A DNA stretch of 64,000 bases from Sminthopsis crassicaudata (taxonomy: Eukaryota): contig NC_133621.1 in NCBI RefSeq assembly GCF_048593235.1, forward strand, positions 286,895,238-286,959,237. The letters run 5' to 3'. The notes beneath the pieces were generated by a model that was not told the origin of the DNA, did not search any database, and worked only from the letters and a program-made list of their open reading frames with translations. Position numbers and translations under genes: made by a program. This document shows positions 63,436 through 64,000 of the stretch, piece by piece (positions within the stretch are counted from its first letter, which is position 1; each line of letters opens with the position of its first letter).

Positions 63436-64000
63436 CTATTGATTATGCCATTTAGCAGGTACTTAAAATGCTTTTTCAAAATCCCTTACACACTTGGTCT
63501 ATGATCTTCTTAGAGGCTTCCTTCTCTTCTTCCTGTCTAGGTGGTCTACTCTGTCTCTTATTTAATCTAACAAGCACTAATACTTCCCCCATCAAAAATA
63601 AGTAATAATCCTAGTATTGTCTCCTCCCTCTTATTTTTGTGGCAAGACATCTCCCTGAGATATCTCTAGTGGAATAAAAAGAGCTAGGAACCCTAAATCA
63701 CTTGTGATTGTATGAGATGATCCCTTGTATTCTTTCCATCTAATTTCCTAAGTCACTATAGTAACTCATCCTCTCTGTCCCTCACCTGAATTTGTTTTTA
63801 TTTTTCTATCATGAATTTCAACATCAATTACAGGGCTCATTCCTCATATCTTAGCCCAATGAGTACTGCTTACCTTTGGTAGTAGTCTCCCAAAATGCCA
63901 AAATTGCTAGCTATGACTCTTTTGGATTACATAGATATTATATCGTGATCATATGTTTTATTTCTACTCCATTTTACGAGAGATAATCCAGACAAATTTC

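Larger units (their letters stand above)
12962..64000 (-). other. ANKS1B: ANKS1B intron 1, 3' portion (exon 1 lies beyond the window)
   Basis: No ORF resembling the recalled ANKS1B N-terminus (MGKDQELLEAARTGN...) appears in the ORF track upstream of exon 2; the sequence is repeat-rich and intronic. Confidence 0.8.

Noticed and set aside
1-64000. CRISPR arrays, rRNA, operons or other prokaryote-type systems
   Set aside because: The sequence is a mammalian intron landscape; no regularly spaced repeat-spacer array was seen.

Overview
AT-rich, repeat-dense marsupial genomic DNA, probably an Australian dasyurid-like species. This is inferred from MAR1/WSINE1-type SINEs, marsupial L1 3' ends and CheshMITE-like elements. 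The window lies inside ANKS1B on the minus strand. It holds coding exon 2 (12881-12961, 81 nt) and exon 3 (1013-1169, 157 nt), which encode the first ankyrin repeats, plus intron 2 (11.7 kb) and about 51 kb of intron 1; exon 1 was not found. Everything else is intronic: MIR/MAR1/WSINE SINEs, L1/L2/L3 fragments, hAT and Tc1/mariner MITEs, microsatellites and six short N gaps. The most notable structures are (1) a complete 1,035-bp miniature ERV (two ~290-bp LTRs, tRNA-Lys PBS, splice donor/acceptor, MGQ gag start, PPT, 6-bp TSD); (2) a 136-bp perfect spacerless palindrome in intron 2; (3) a 168-bp fold-back element whose flanks are also symmetric; (4) a 5'-truncated L1 with a 16-bp TSD and an apparent 17-nt 3' transduction; (5) six LTR or LTR-like segments within 10 kb; (6) CpG-retaining non-repeat islands upstream of exon 2 and at 45.4-45.8 kb. 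Repeat family names come from recalled consensus motifs, not a database search. SINE/LINE boundaries are approximate (about +/-30 bp) unless a TSD is given.
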